From Yuukianura sp. NJ FZ-2021 (lineage: Eukaryota): a stretch of DNA of 64,000 nt. Positions within the stretch are counted from its first letter, which is position 1. Every line of letters starts with the position of its first letter. Location of the stretch: positions 3,100,001 to 3,164,000 of the forward strand of contig CM102283.1 of assembly GCA_046563655.1 (NCBI GenBank), read 5' to 3'. Under the pieces are notes generated by a model. That model searched no databases. It was not told the origin of the DNA and was given only the letters and a program-made list of their open reading frames with translations. Made by a program: the position numbers and the translations under genes. This document shows positions 1 to 22,112 of the stretch, piece after piece.

Positions 1-2145
1 ATTTGAAATCTAATTCCTATTCCTCCTCCTCCGCTAGTCCGCTCAGCTACAAAGTTGGATTCGGAAATACTTTTAGGACACAAAAGAAACTCATAAATAC
101 TTTACTCTCCTCCATCTGAAATCCAATGCAGTTGGAGAAAGCATAAAAAGAGAAAGCACCAAGGAAACATACACACAGTCCTCATAAAACCAAACCTCCA
201 TGATTGACACTAACATAGTATCCTCGTACCTAAACCTTAACCTATTCCTTAGCCTAACAAACCTAATTCTAACGATAGCCTAACATACTTGTTATAACTT
301 CCAATACTTGCTATACTTGCAAGCATTTGGCTCGTTAGTCGATCGGTTGTGTTGCAGAACCTGCAATTTTCACAGATTCGCCGAAAAGGTGGATAATTCC
401 CTCTAATTTTCTCTTGGATTAAAACGGAACGTGATTTCTTTTGTTTAAATTTTCGAAACTAATGCTAACTCTTTCAAAAAAAACATTTTTTTTCCAATTT
501 GTTTCTTTCAAGTTGAAATTGATTCTCAGAAAAGTTGGGGTTAGGCAAAGGTAAGCCCCATCACAAGTTAAATCTAAAATTTTACAAAAAGCTGTACAAT
601 TTTGACATTTTCCTTCGTAATTTTATTAGATAAGTTCAGGATTTCTTACAATAAGAGAGTTAGATTGATTTTCTCAGAATTTTTTTGAGTTTTTTGAAAT
701 TTTAGTGGAAATTGTACTTAGAACTAAAACTGAAAGAGAAAGTAAATCCCTATCCTCTTTTTTTCAAATGTTTCCGCTCTTTCCATTGTGTTTTATTCCA
801 GCAAAAATTTCCTGAGTGCAGCTTCCACAAGTAGCGGATCGAAAAGAAGTTTTTCTTTTGTAAAGAGAACCTCTTGCTGTGCTTTTTATGAAAAGAACTC
901 CACACACAAAATTTGAAAAAAGAAAGCGGAAAAAAAAGAAAGTTTAAATAACGAGCGATCAGAACAAATAGAAAATGAATTTGGCATAACACCAAAATCA
1001 TATTACAAAAAGACAGAATTTTGGGTAATTAATGCAGTTCAATAGTTCTATTCAAAGCTCATACAAAGGAAATGTTAGGTTATGGTTAGGTTAATTAGGT
1101 TAACGTTAGGTTATGGTTAATTATACATTACGTATGCAGTCTACACATAGTTGAAATGTCGTACTCAACACGAAACATTTTGTTAGACTTCTTTTTTGTT
1201 GAGATTGAAATTCCAATTAGGTTAGTTAGGCTAGTTAGTTTGGTTTTGTTTGAGTTTGGTTAAAATTGTGTCAAAAAGTTCCGTTTTCTATTAATTTAGT
1301 ACGAGGTTTGGTTCCCTTGAAACGGAAACTGTGAAAACAAAAGTGAAAGTTGACATGTAAGGAGAGACAAAAGAGAAAGTTTTCTGGCGTTAATTAAAAC
1401 CTAATAATAAACTGTTCTTTTAGTTGCCTTGGTTCACTTCAGTAAAAAAAACACTTTTCAAAATTTCAATTGACAAGAAAAAAAAAACACAACTTGTTGC
1501 TCATGCTGGGCAGCATGTGTTGAGAGGAAATTCAAAATTAATGAAGAAAAAAAAGTTGTTTTTGACTTCAGTTTTTCGGCAAACACGGAACAACTTTTTC
1601 GATATAAAAATGATAATTATGCACGCGCATAAGAATTTTTGGAAGTGTTTTTCGAAATTGCTGAGCTTCAAGGTCAAGTTGCTTGAGTTTGTCAATGTTT
1701 TGTAAATTATGGTGACGTCAAGGCTAGGTTACCATAGGAGATATGAAAGCCTATGTTGAGTAGCGTGACAGTGAAGGTCAAAGGTGACATGCGTCATAGG
1801 CCAATGATAGTTTGTCACTTCGTCTTTCAAAATCGTGTGTCATTTTGGCGCCTTTCGAGGTCGATTTGAAGTGAAAGTTGGTCAAGAGTGTCAAATGTTG
1901 ACAGCTCCTGCTCCAGCACAAAGTTTATTCAATTCATCATAAAAGTTTCGGTTTCATAACACAAGTTACACACACCGTTTTGGAAACATTGTTTTAAAAA
2001 AAAGTTTCCCGCGTTTCTTTTTCAATGTTGGCGCCATTTTTTTATTCAATCAAATCGCCACAGGAAACCACTTTCTCCTTCTCTTGAACTTTCCCTCCCG
2101 TTGACACTTTTTTAACTTTCTCCATAGTCAATTGATCTTCATGGT

Positions 2146-2230
2146 CAAGTGATGATAAGAATGATGATGATGATGATGCTGATGATGATGATGGTCACAA
2201 TGATGATGATCACAATGATGATGATCACGG
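2146..2230. repeat. (ATG)n microsatellite, degenerate
   Basis: gatgatgatg... tract; similar tracts at 49280-49440 and 56048-56106, all intronic. Confidence 0.9.
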
Positions 2231-2574
2231 TTGTCAAAAATATGTTTCCACAACCCACAAAATATTGACAAAAAATATTTTTTTTAAATCGCCAGAATAT
2301 TAACTTATTTAACATTAAGGGCATGGACATATATTTAAACAAAAAATATATAATTTAAAATAATTTAAATAAATAATAATAATAAATTAGTTAATAATAA
2401 TTAAATTAATATCTAAATTAAAATTTGAAGTAATATTAATTAAGTAATAATTTTAATAAATAATTTAAAATAAATTCAGAAAAAATAAGTATTTAGATTT
2501 CTATTAACATTACGGGCATGGAGACTAAATATTTTTGACATACCTGATGATTATTCTTCTCGCTTTTTTTGCAG

Positions 2575-2916
2575 TCTCTTCGAGAGGTGATTCCTCATGT
2601 AGCCAACAAGAGTCGTCGCCTGTCCAAACTAGAGACATTGACCTTGGCCAAAAACTACATCGTGGCCCTGACTGGCATGATGGTCATCCAGGACGAAGAC
2701 AAAGATCTACTCAATGCCCTGAGCACCACACCGTCACCGCCCACGGCTCATCCGCAGTGCGTGGGAGCCGTTTCTACGTCGTCAGTAGAAGAGCCACTGA
2801 GCAAAGACTGTTTGCTCCAAGTTGCCGCTGAAGCCGCGGCGGACGAATTTGTCTTTGACCTTGACTTGGACATCGGTGGTGACCCACAAGATCCCCTTGG
2901 TTTCTATGACGACTAA
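2575..2916 (+). CDS. dimm: Terminal coding exon of a dimmed/Mist1 (BHLHA15)-like bHLH transcription factor; upstream exon not found in window
   Basis: After acceptor ttttttgcag (2574) reads SLREVIPHVANKSRRLSKLETLTLAKNYIVALT, matching the end of helix1-loop-helix2 of dimmed/Mist1 (SLREVIPHV..RRLSKIETLTLAKNYI); acidic tail; TAA at 2914-2916. Confidence 0.8.
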   Translation, partial: SLREVIPHVANKSRRLSKLETLTLAKNYIVALTGMMVIQDEDKDLLNALSTTPSPPTAHPQCVGAVSTSSVEEPLSKDCLLQVAAEAAADEFVFDLDLDIGGDPQDPLGFYDD

Positions 2917-5900
2917 GATTCAATTACCTTGGTAACACAAAAAACCGGGAAATTCAGTTTTTCAAAACGCACCCCCGGGGGGACATAAAGGTCATTGCCA
3001 ATGGAAGAGGTCATGGCACAGCAAGGGCACTTAATGGATTCTCCGCCAGAAGAAATGGTGCTCAAAAAGGGAGAAAAAAGCAAAACAATAACAGTTTGAC
3101 TTTGCTTTTAAATGGGAATGCTCCGAGGCGGGATTTTGGACAAACACGAAATTTGAATCAAATTTTCCCGCCTAACGGTCATTGACCTTTGTACTAGCCC
3201 TTGCTGAGCCAGAAACTCAACAGTGTGTGCCAAACGTGCGAAAAACTACAGTTTTGTAAATGGAAATGGAAAGTAAAAGAGAAAAGCTTTATTTCTGTTA
3301 ATCTCATGAGTTCTACTTTCCGTTAACTAATATAAACTTTGAAATTATTTTTATTTACTTACATAAATTTATCAATTAAACTAATTAATTAAAGTCTTAA
3401 TTTAACTTAAGACAAAGGTTAAGAGTAACTTTAAGAAGTGTTAAAAAAATTACAACTTTACTTTGCAAAAAAAACTGACACGGCCAAGAAAAATTGACGA
3501 AGGCCTCAATTGTACATGTAGGTGTAATAGGCTCTAGTTTTTGCTGACCTTGACCTTTGACCTTGGTCAAGGTCAGGATACAATGCGGTGCTGAACTACT
3601 CATAATGTTAAGTTAATAGTAGAACTTTTGCCTAACTTTATGATAAAGACTTGATGTTAGGTCAACAGTAGATTTAAACGTTAGAGGTCAATGACCTTCT
3701 TCCATAACTGTCACTAGATGTCGCTCTGTTTATGTTCCAAATGCAAGAAAAATGTTCCATTGTAGACTAACTTGACCTATGAAACACATGACATTAAATT
3801 AACCATATTTAAATTTAAGAAACATAGTATGAATATGATTTAAAAATTAAGAGATTAACTTACAAGACAAAGTTAACTTTTAGTTTGAAAGTTGTAGTGT
3901 CAATTGCTTAAAGTGAAAATTTTTAATTGCCTAAGGTAAGAGGTGTTAATTGCCTAAATTGCTAAAAATGGACATTTAAAAACAAAGTGATTGTGATTTT
4001 GTGATGTTTTTGGCTCTTTAGTGTTAAAGTACTAAAGAAAATAAACATTTTTCTTTTGTTTTCTTTTTTTCCTGGTGAAAGAAAGTTAATTTTTTGTGGT
4101 TTTTAGAAAAAGTCTACCTGAGAACCTGATTGTCAAAGAGCGTGGGTGGATTTTGTCCGGAAAAGTTGAGGCTCTGACTTTCTCTCGGTGAAAGTTCCTT
4201 TAATTCCAGGCGTTCCAGCGATTCCAGCGTCAGGGTCGCTGGAGAAGACGCTGGAAAAACCCCTTATCTTCCCAAACATAAAGGAAACAAACCCCTGCTT
4301 GGTAAACATGTCACATGACTTTACCTTTCCACACTGCGACTTCACCAACAAAAGTCATTCCATTAAAAAAAACAGAACGGGAAACTTTTTTTAAAAAAAT
4401 TTCACCTTTTTCAAAAATTTTGTTTAGAATTTGAACTTGACCTGGCGCTTTGTTCTAAATTTGACTTTGGTTATAGTCGAGCGAAGTGTTTTATTTCAAG
4501 TTTTTTTTCTCTTTTTTTTTTTTTGCAGAAAAAAAGTGACGCCTGTTGCTTCTGATGCTAAGTTTATTTTTAGATTTGGAGTTTTTGTATCATTTTTTTG
4601 CCATTTTTGATTCAGAATTCTTCGAATAAACCACAGCATAGAGTTTCATGCATAATACATAAGAAATGACAGAGAGAGTGGTGCAGAGGGATAAGGATGA
4701 CGAGGAGGCGAAGTCTAAAACTAAGTTTTTTGAATCTTTCCGCTTCTGTTCAAACTTTCCCTCTTTACGGTGAAATTGAAGTTTAAAAATACGGGGTTTC
4801 CTTTTATCATATTCCAGTAACATCGGAAATTGTTTTTCCAGAATCGCATACACAATGAGCACAGCACAAGCAAAATCAGAAGCCGCGCGCTTTTAAATTT
4901 CAAAAAGTGCACGGCGTGGGGAAAAGCTTTGAAGTTTTTGAAAAAGGTTTTGATTGCAAAAAGTAGGACAAAAACGGATTCAACAACATAGAGCACAGTG
5001 TACACGTGTAAGAGAATCAAAAGTAAGATTAAAACTCCAGTTTTTTAAAATTTTGAACTAATTCCTACCAAAATTCAAAAACTATTCAAACCAAATGTTG
5101 ACACCCTCACGCCCAAGGTTTGTTGACTTTGATTTTCTTTAACAGGTTGGGTAATACCACATGTTTTTTGATTTTGCAAAAAAAAAGTGTCCATTTCAGA
5201 GCATCGTAGTCATAACAAATACAGAAAAATTTTTAAATTTTGCATACGAATTGGTACTAATTTGGGTACAACTGTTTTTTTTCTTTTTCTTTAACAAGCG
5301 AGGTAGTACCAACCTGTTAAAGAAAATTCGCTTTTCCTTGTCAAGGAACCTTGCCCATGGCTATAAACTTTTGATTTGGTATTAAACTTAAAAAAAAAAG
5401 GAACAACTTTCACCGGTTTTCTTCGCATCCTCAAGTTTTTCCCCGCGAAATGTTGAAAAGAAAATAACTAAAACATTGGTAAAAAAAATATTTTTTTAAT
5501 GAAAATTGACAAAGCTGTTGCAGTTTTTGTGGCGAAACATTCCAATTTTAGAAAATTGTGTAGCCCGCCTGGCCTTGTTTTAATCTCTAATTTTTTTTTT
5601 AAATTTTCACTTCACTTTCCTCATGTCTGCGGCCTAAGTTCTAAGCCTGTTGGATTGTTGAGAGATGTTGGAGGGAGTAACTACAGGGCTTTTGGCGGGA
5701 GTAACTACAAGAAATAATTTATAATAGGGAGTAATGGAAGGCGACGTTGTTACTTTAGGAGGAGACATTAACATGATGTAAGAGGAAACGAACTACGACA
5801 GTCTCCAGACATGGGCATCGTCCATAGCCTTAACTACTCCGCTTGGAGCTCTGGAGAAAGCGGGGGAGGAAAAAGCAACTTTTTTTAGCGGATCGATTTT

Positions 5901-8900
5901 GAACAAGGGAAAAAAGAGTCCTTGTCACACTCTGCTCTTGGCCTTGTTCAAATAAGAATTTTACAACCAGCTCCACTCAATTTATTAGTCTTAAAAGGCC
6001 GTTGAGCACACATTCTTTAAAAAGTTGAACCTAAAGGAGGTGGCGGTTGATTCAAAATATTAAAAAGCGCGAGAAATCAAAAGTTCAAAGTATGAGTTAT
6101 GAAAGGAATCTTGACAAAGCCAATCAAAATTGCAAACATTAACTTGAATTATCTCCTAACATTCCAAATTCATGTTTATTTTTTTTTACTTTCTCTTACT
6201 TTCTTTTCTCTTTGATTTTTAAAATGTTTTGATCATTTAGTAAGAGAAGTGAAGAAGAGAAGAAGAAGAGAAAAGAAGAAAAATATTTAAAAATTGATGA
6301 TATAGAAATTTTTTTTGCCTTTTTTTCTCAACATTTTGGCATTTTTTTACTGCGTGTAATAAACTTCCTGCTTTCACCACATCCTGTTTGCAGGGGTTTT
6401 CATATCGTTCCGCTTTGTCTCTGCATGTGGTGTTCCATTCAGAGTCAACAAGTGGTTCCCCTCTCTGTCTTCGTGTTGTATGCTAAAAGATTTAAAAAAA
6501 ATTCTTTCTTAAATTCAAGTTTCAAAATTTTCGAAAAATTGCATCTCCAAAAAATAGTGTCAACTTTAAAAATAGTAGCGATCATTTCACCAATTTCGGG
6601 AGAAAATAAAACAGTGTGAGGGCACAGATGAGAATTTTTTTTAGCACAAAAAAGTTTCTTGTGGGAAATTTTTGGCCAAAAAATTGCTTCTTTTAAATTT
6701 TTTTCTTATGCAAAATTCGACCGTGTATGAGGATATCCTCAAAAGAGAGTGCCAATAATAGCCCTGATTGTGGCATGGCTTTGTATGGGACAAAATGAAG
6801 GTTCGATGGGTTAGAGAAAAAGCTTTTGACGCGTAATTCACGTCACAAGTCACAATTTTTTTTTGGTAGTTGGTTCATTTTGCGGATGGCTTTTGTTGCG
6901 GGGTGACACAGAGATGCGCCTGTGACGCAACACAAATAATAATAGGACAGCTCTCTCCTTGTGCAATCACCCCTCCCCCTCCCGCTGAAGACGTCAATTC
7001 TAATGGCGACATTTAGGGGGGGGTGACGACATGGGGGGGGGGGGTGACAAGAGTGACACTTTCGGTGGGAGGGTATAGTCCAAGGTCATAATTAGACACA
7101 CCATTCAACTTTCAAGCGACAAACGTCAATCAAACAACACACGCCAATTTTCTAACATTACACGCTTTCACTGTTAAACAAACGAAAAAAGAAAGGCAAT
7201 GACACCCACACGCAAAACGAAAAAAAAAAAACTTGAAATATCCGGAAAAAGTCCAAAAGTGAAAAAAAGAACCGCTAAAGCAAGAAACAAGTTCATTTAA
7301 GTTGAGATCGAGTTTGAAAAAATTCAAACTTTTTTCTCTTCTTTATATAAAAATAACGTTGCTTATAAAGTTTAAAACGCTTGATGTTCGTTTAGTTGAC
7401 GAAGCGTGTTGGCGGGTATTTTTCAAAAAAAAAAAAGGCGGGAGAATTTGAATTTGTTGACGAAGGACGTCATTCCCTTTGTTCCAGTTGAGTGTTAATG
7501 GGTAGAACGGGGTCTTAAACTGATTATTTGAATAATCTTATTATGCCGCCTTCTAGAAAGCGACTTTCTCGTTCCAAACTTTGTGCAATGCTCCTGAGAC
7601 CTCTTGTGCTCCTTCACCCCTTCTTACATCCAAATCCCTTCAACTATGAATTTCATGTCACTTTTTAAATTTTACCACCACAAGACCAGTCATGTCGCGA
7701 GGAGCGGAGAGCGGCAGTGGTGAGGGAGCGCATCAAAATTAGTTTCAAATCTATTTTAAGCTCTCCCGCTACAAACAACGACGTCATTCCGCCGCTCACT
7801 AGAAACAAACAGGATTTAAAATCTTAATTTTCATGCTAAGTAAAATAAATGGGATTTCAACACTCATTTGAAATCAGGCACGCGCTACTTCTTTACCGCC
7901 CTTTTCACACTCCGCTTCAACAACTAAAATTTCATGACCTTTTGACCCCAAAAACTGAAATTATGAGTCAAGCTTTTCAAAATTCGTAAAACAAAACAAA
8001 AATTGTGCTATTTCGTTGAAAATTTTGTCACAAAATTTCATTTTTTTTAGTTTTTGAAGAAACATGAGCGGGATTTGAATTTGATCATGTCCAAAGACGC
8101 TTCTGGAAGAAAGTTGATAGAAAATTTAAGAATTTTGAAAAATCCCAGGAGAAAACGGAAAAAGTTTGACTTGGTTGACGTCATTTTCAAAATTTGAAAT
8201 CTCCATGCACCACTGGCGCCAATTTGTGGCTCCGCCCCCTTTGCATGACCAATGGCACACTGTGCTGTGTATGTCTTCTGACATGGACTTCAATTCAGTT
8301 GGGATTCAATTACTTTCGACTTCACTTACACCGGAATACCGCAAGTACATGACTATAGGACTTCCAAGATCCAACTGTAATTAACTGTACTGACTCAAAT
8401 TTCATCGAGTGACCAATTGCTTCTTTTATTTACTTATTTATACATTTATTTAACTTATTTTATTGTATTTTTTGAAAAGAAGATGCTTTTCTGGAAAAAA
8501 TGCTCAAGAAGAAGCTACAGAAGTTCGAGAATCATCATCCAATGTCTTGTGACAAAATTAAATTTCCTGTTTTGGATATTTGAAAAGTGACGTCATTTAG
8601 AGCATCGAAAAAAAAAAACAATAAGAGAAAATTGATTACGATTTTTGAATCTTGGCGGCATCTTTTCCCAGAATTGTTTTGGTTTCGAGAAAAACAAAGT
8701 CCGTTTAAACAGAATTAATCTCCAATAATTTCCAATTAGCGTCAGTTGCATAATGCCTCAAATTTTTGTTATCCCGAAAGTTTTCGAAATCCAAAATTTT
8801 GATACACACAATTACAAATTTTTTTTTTCAAGTAAAAAAGTTTCCAAGTCGGTGATTTATTTTTTCTTCAAAATTTTGCAGGCATGACAAAGACACGTCT

Positions 8901-9417
8901 ACGAAAACCACCAGCCCTACTTCTTCCAATTTGAAAAAGTAGAACCTCCAAGGTCTCGTTTTTTCAAAATTGTGTCCATTTTTTTTTATTTTTTGACTAG
9001 AAATTTTTTACGTTAGTCAAACCCTTCCATTCCACTCAAACCTCCTGCTGTGGCAAACTCCTTTCAAATTTTTTATTCAATAAAAAATATAAAACCTGTC
9101 AATTTCAAAATTTCATTTTCAAAATTTCAAATTCAAACCAAAAATTTCATACAACGCCGACTTCAATACAACCATGGTTAAAATATTTCGAGTTTCAATT
9201 TATTTACAAGTTACGCAATTGCACAAAATTTATTAGTAAAAAACGGAATTTATCGTACTAAAAGTTGACTCGAGCGTCTAAAAAGCTAAAAAAAAAAGTT
9301 ACCACAAGACACAATAATTAATCTGATGCCTGTCAAACTCCGTGTTCTAAAAATTAAAAAATTTTGAAAAATCTATTTTTTGAAATCTATTTTTTGAGAA
9401 AGTTATAAAACGTGAAG

Positions 9418-11755
9418 TTATAGATTCGTGATATAAATTCCAGTTGAGGAGTGAGCCCTGGGTTCCTTGGGCTGAAACAGTCCTGACCCCCGTTTTAAAT
9501 CACACGAAATCAACCACCTAGAAATAAAGTGAAACTCAAATTTACACTTTCAAAAAAGTTTTCCCGCTTGAGTGAACTCAATAACTAAAAAACGGCTAAA
9601 AATGGATGAAATGAGACTAAAAATGAGTGAATACATGTGTAAATCCTTACGCAAATACTATGAATGCTGGAATGGTGAGTCCTGCCGATAGCAAGTAAAA
9701 AGTTCCTGGAAGTGACTCGAACGTGGCTTTGTACACAACGTTATAAACTGGGACCAGAATTAGCGGTGAAATTGAATCCACGACGCCAACAAAACCAAAC
9801 AAATTCCCCACTTCATCTTGGGAAACAAACTTAGACAGAATGGACTTGTTGACTACCACCATTGTTCCATTCATCATGTCCACTACTGGAGCTAAATACA
9901 CAAAATAACTCATTTTATAATATATTATTAATATATTTAAATATATTATTGTAATATAACATATTTTATTACAACTTACCCAAGTACATCAGGAAAGAAG
10001 TTGTGGCGAAAGTGTAGAGGAAGCAGGAACTGAATTGGCTAAATCCAGAAATGAATCCGACAACGGGATCGGACAGTCGGAAGTAGTAACTTAAGATTCC
10101 CATGGATAAGATGACACCTACAATCAAAAAAAATCGATTTTTTTTTCTTCAAAATTTCAAGTTTTTCAAAATTTTGAACACGGTTAGTACCTATGATGCC
10201 AACGACGTACGAGAAAGTAGAATAATTTCCAAATTCGACTAGATTCCAATTGAGTTGGATTCGGAGAAACAAGTACCTCACGGTAAATTCGGCTAAAATT
10301 GAATACCAAATTTTCAAAATTTTGAAAGCACAATTATTTTTTTGAACTTTTATTTTTTTTTGAAAGTTTTACCGCTCATAGGTGCCATAACACAAAACTG
10401 TGATATGAGCACCACGAAGATGTTGAATCTGGTGTATCCTTCCCGCTTTTTCGTCAGTGTTTTAAAAATTTGAATCCATGTGGACTTTGGATTGAAAATG
10501 AAACGAACTACTTCGCATTTCGTCATTTGTGCAATTTGTTGAGCTTTTTGAGCATTTCTAGTGTTTTTCACAAAGAGAACGACGAGCACAAACGCTAAGA
10601 ATCCTGGAATGCTTGCGAGTGCCAAACTTTTCACGTAGCCCAAATTCAAACTGGACAGTTTTGCTCCATATGCTGAGCCTACTGGAACGCCTGCGATGAA
10701 AAACGAGTAGAGAACGCCAGTTCGAACTGTGCGAAGAGCTGGACTGGTCGGGGTCACGTCAGAAATGTATGACATTGCTGCAAATTTTGAAAAAAATCAA
10801 CATTTCAAAAAAAAAAGTTTCAAAATTTCATTTTTGTTTACCAGCCATGTTGTAAGCTGCTTCTCCACCACCAATTGCTCTCGTGACTGACAAAATGAAC
10901 TTGAAAGTCCAAAGGCCCCAGGAACTCATGTATGCTGACAGCATCGCTCCGCAGTACTGCAGCAAGTGTCCTCCAACTGCCAGCAGCATCGGAACTTTTC
11001 TTCCAAAAACATCGCTACATGCGGGTCAAAGGTCAACAAAAGTAAGTTTATGTCAAAGGTCAACAAAACAAGTAAAGAGGTCAAAGGTCAAAGGTCATTG
11101 ACCTTACAACTCACTGTAACTTTAAATCTTACCTAAGGGGTCCTAAAAACATCATGAGGATAATCGGAACGCCGTAGTCAACTACAGCATGCGCAGACTT
11201 CACAGTCGAAACGAGTTTTTGCATTTCAGCTTCCTGTTCCGCCATACTTTCATTTCTAAAAAAGTTGAACAAAATTTAGAAAAAATTAAAAAAGCTGTTT
11301 TAAATCCTATGTTAAAGTAACAATTTTCAAAAATTTCTAGCTGAAAATTCAACCAGAATAGAAAAAAGCAAAAACAAAAAGACAAAAATTAGGGCAAAAA
11401 CGATAGTTTTTTGCGTGTAGTTTTTTCGCTTTTTAGTTTTTCTCTTCCTCGTCATTTGTTTTTGCTTTAGCATGTGCGTAGATGCAAATTTTTGGTTTCA
11501 TGTCTAGACAATTTTTTCAAATGTTTGCATTTTTTTTTCTACATACCTGTTTGTGATGATTTCGTTGCAGATTTCCTGAGAGTAGTTCAAGTTGACTCGA
11601 CATGCCTTGTCCAGAGCCAAATCTTCACATATTGTGTAGATTCCCAAATTGGAAACCATGAGTAGAAAAAGTGCTAATTCAACCATGGCACTTTTGAGGG
11701 CCGCCGGAACTTGAGTGCCATAAAACTCAAGTTTCTCAACCACCACCGTCTTCAT
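9418..11755 (-). CDS. SLC46/PCFT-like MFS transporter, 8 exons
   Basis: Spliced exons give MKTVVVEK...DKACRVNLNYSQEICNEI..., GPLS|DVFGRKVPMLL (MFS motif A), MSYISDVT..LRTVR, KSILSKFVSQDEVGNLFG, and last exon WLISCDLKRG...ITNL*; canonical GT-AG junctions. Confidence 0.85.
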
Positions 11756-13842
11756 ATTTTTTGTGTTTGAAAAACTTTTTTGAACCTTTTTAAAAAAAGT
11801 TTTGAAGTAAAGTGTAACACTTCACAGCATGTAGTTGGCCTTTACACTACTTTCTGTTGTGTACACTGCCCTACTGCCTCAGTCCAATTGTCAAAAATAG
11901 GTCGACCAAAGCCCATTTGAACAATGGAAGCAGGTGAAGACTCTTCCAGGAAGGACAACGCAGCTCAAATGACTCAAGATCAAAATTTCATAAAAAAAAA
12001 TTTCAAAATTTGACACCTACACTATTTCACTCTAACAAACTAACACTAACTTCCATCAACTAACCCTTGTCTACACAAAGTTACACTAACTTAATATTTC
12101 AACTGATACTAGCTTCATAAAATTCAATTACACGCACTAATTAACATTAGATTTTAATTAACTTTTTAAAATTCAACTTTAGTGTTGCTTCTGCTTCTTC
12201 CAGATTCAAAAACTGTTCTGGAAGTTTTAATTTTTACTTTTATTGCAGAGCAGCTTTCGTGTTTTTTTTGTGTTGCTCATAAATTATAAATTCTACACCT
12301 CTCGACATTGATATCCCAACTAAAATATTTAAAATTATTCTCATGCCATTAACTCATCAAACAACTTTAAAAATTTCGTTTGACTCATCCGACACTCTTT
12401 TTTGAAATGGATAATGAGGGTTTCAGGAGCCAATGAACTTGAAAGTTCATTCTTCTTTTAGTCTACTCAAATACTGCACGGGAAAACAATAAACAATGAA
12501 AACACACCAGACATAAAAAAAACATCACGAAATAAAAACTTACTAAAAAAAGAATTTCAAAGTAACAAAAAATCATAAAGTTACATCTATTAAAGTGTCC
12601 ACTAAAAGTTAAAAGTTAAAAAGTTTAACTTTTAAAACTGATCAACAATTAAAATGATACTAAAATCGGACGTCATTTGACATTCGACACTTTGTGAGGA
12701 CTAAAAAAAGTTTCAAAAATTAAAAGTGTCAGTGTCTGCTGCCCTAATTTTTTTTATGAATTTTTTTTTGTATGTTATCCAAGGCCAAATTTTCAACTTT
12801 TGTTACTCAACGATTAAATCGCAATTACAAAAAACGTAAAAAACATAAACTAAAAAATATTTTTTTTTGTCATGTTCTCCCAACGCCATTTCAGAAAAAA
12901 AGATTCTGAATCAGCCCTTGCATTTTCCCACCATAAATAAATCCACTTTAAAAATTAATTTTAATCTTCATCCATTGTTCTTATTGCTTCCGAAAACAAT
13001 AACAATAACTTACGCCAGTTTTTTTTAGCATAATAAATTGAAAAGAACACATTACAAAAATAAGTTAAGTTAAACCAAAAGCAAAGTTTTTAGAAAAGTT
13101 CTTAACTTTGTATGTTCTCCTAATGAATACAAGATGATAACAAAGAAATTGTACAAAAACTTCAACTAATTACCAACCTAACACTAACCTAAAACCTAAC
13201 GTAAAGACTAACACATACACTAGTCTTTGTCCCTATAGACACTAGAGTACTAAAACTAGTGTTAGACACATCTGAAACCTCATGTATCACAAAGGATTCC
13301 ACCGCTAAATCTTAACACTACTAATAGCTTTTACACAAAAAAAACCTAAAAAGCCTAACAAAACCTTACACAAAGTCTACCAAAACCTAACTTTTTCTTT
13401 GTTTTAACAAAAATCTGCACTCCATCAACGTTCTGCACTCTAAAAAAACGTAACCTAAGATACTAAGAAGCCTAATTAATAGAGATCTCACGGACGACGC
13501 AGAGAGAGATGAAACAAGAGTGCGGATCGGATTCATTACAATTCCACCTCCGCCTGTCCTCTCCCATTTCTTTCTGTGAACAAAAAAATCCAAGTCCATT
13601 ACATCCGCATTACTCCGCATTTCTTCTTCTTCCAACTTTTTCCAAAAAATCTTCTTCCAAAAAAATCTTCAAAGAATTCCATTATAAAACCATTACAGGT
13701 CACACGGTACGTGCGGAGGTGATACACAAGAATCAACAAAACGACGACTGGATTTCTGAATTTTGAGTTTGAGCAAACTTGACGTAACTTCCAATTTTGC
13801 AATTCTCCAAAATTTTCTGAATTATTCCAAAATTTTGAAACT

Positions 13843-22112
<8,270 letters not shown>

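Noticed and set aside
1074-1120. TTAGG telomeric repeats (also about 230-285 and 15137-15180)
   Set aside because: Short, degenerate and interspersed; low-complexity intron sequence rather than a telomeric array.
750-8400. Many 60-100 aa ORFs in the ORF track
   Set aside because: F/K/L-rich translations of AT-rich non-coding DNA with alternative starts and no splice-consistent structure, apart from the bHLH exon.
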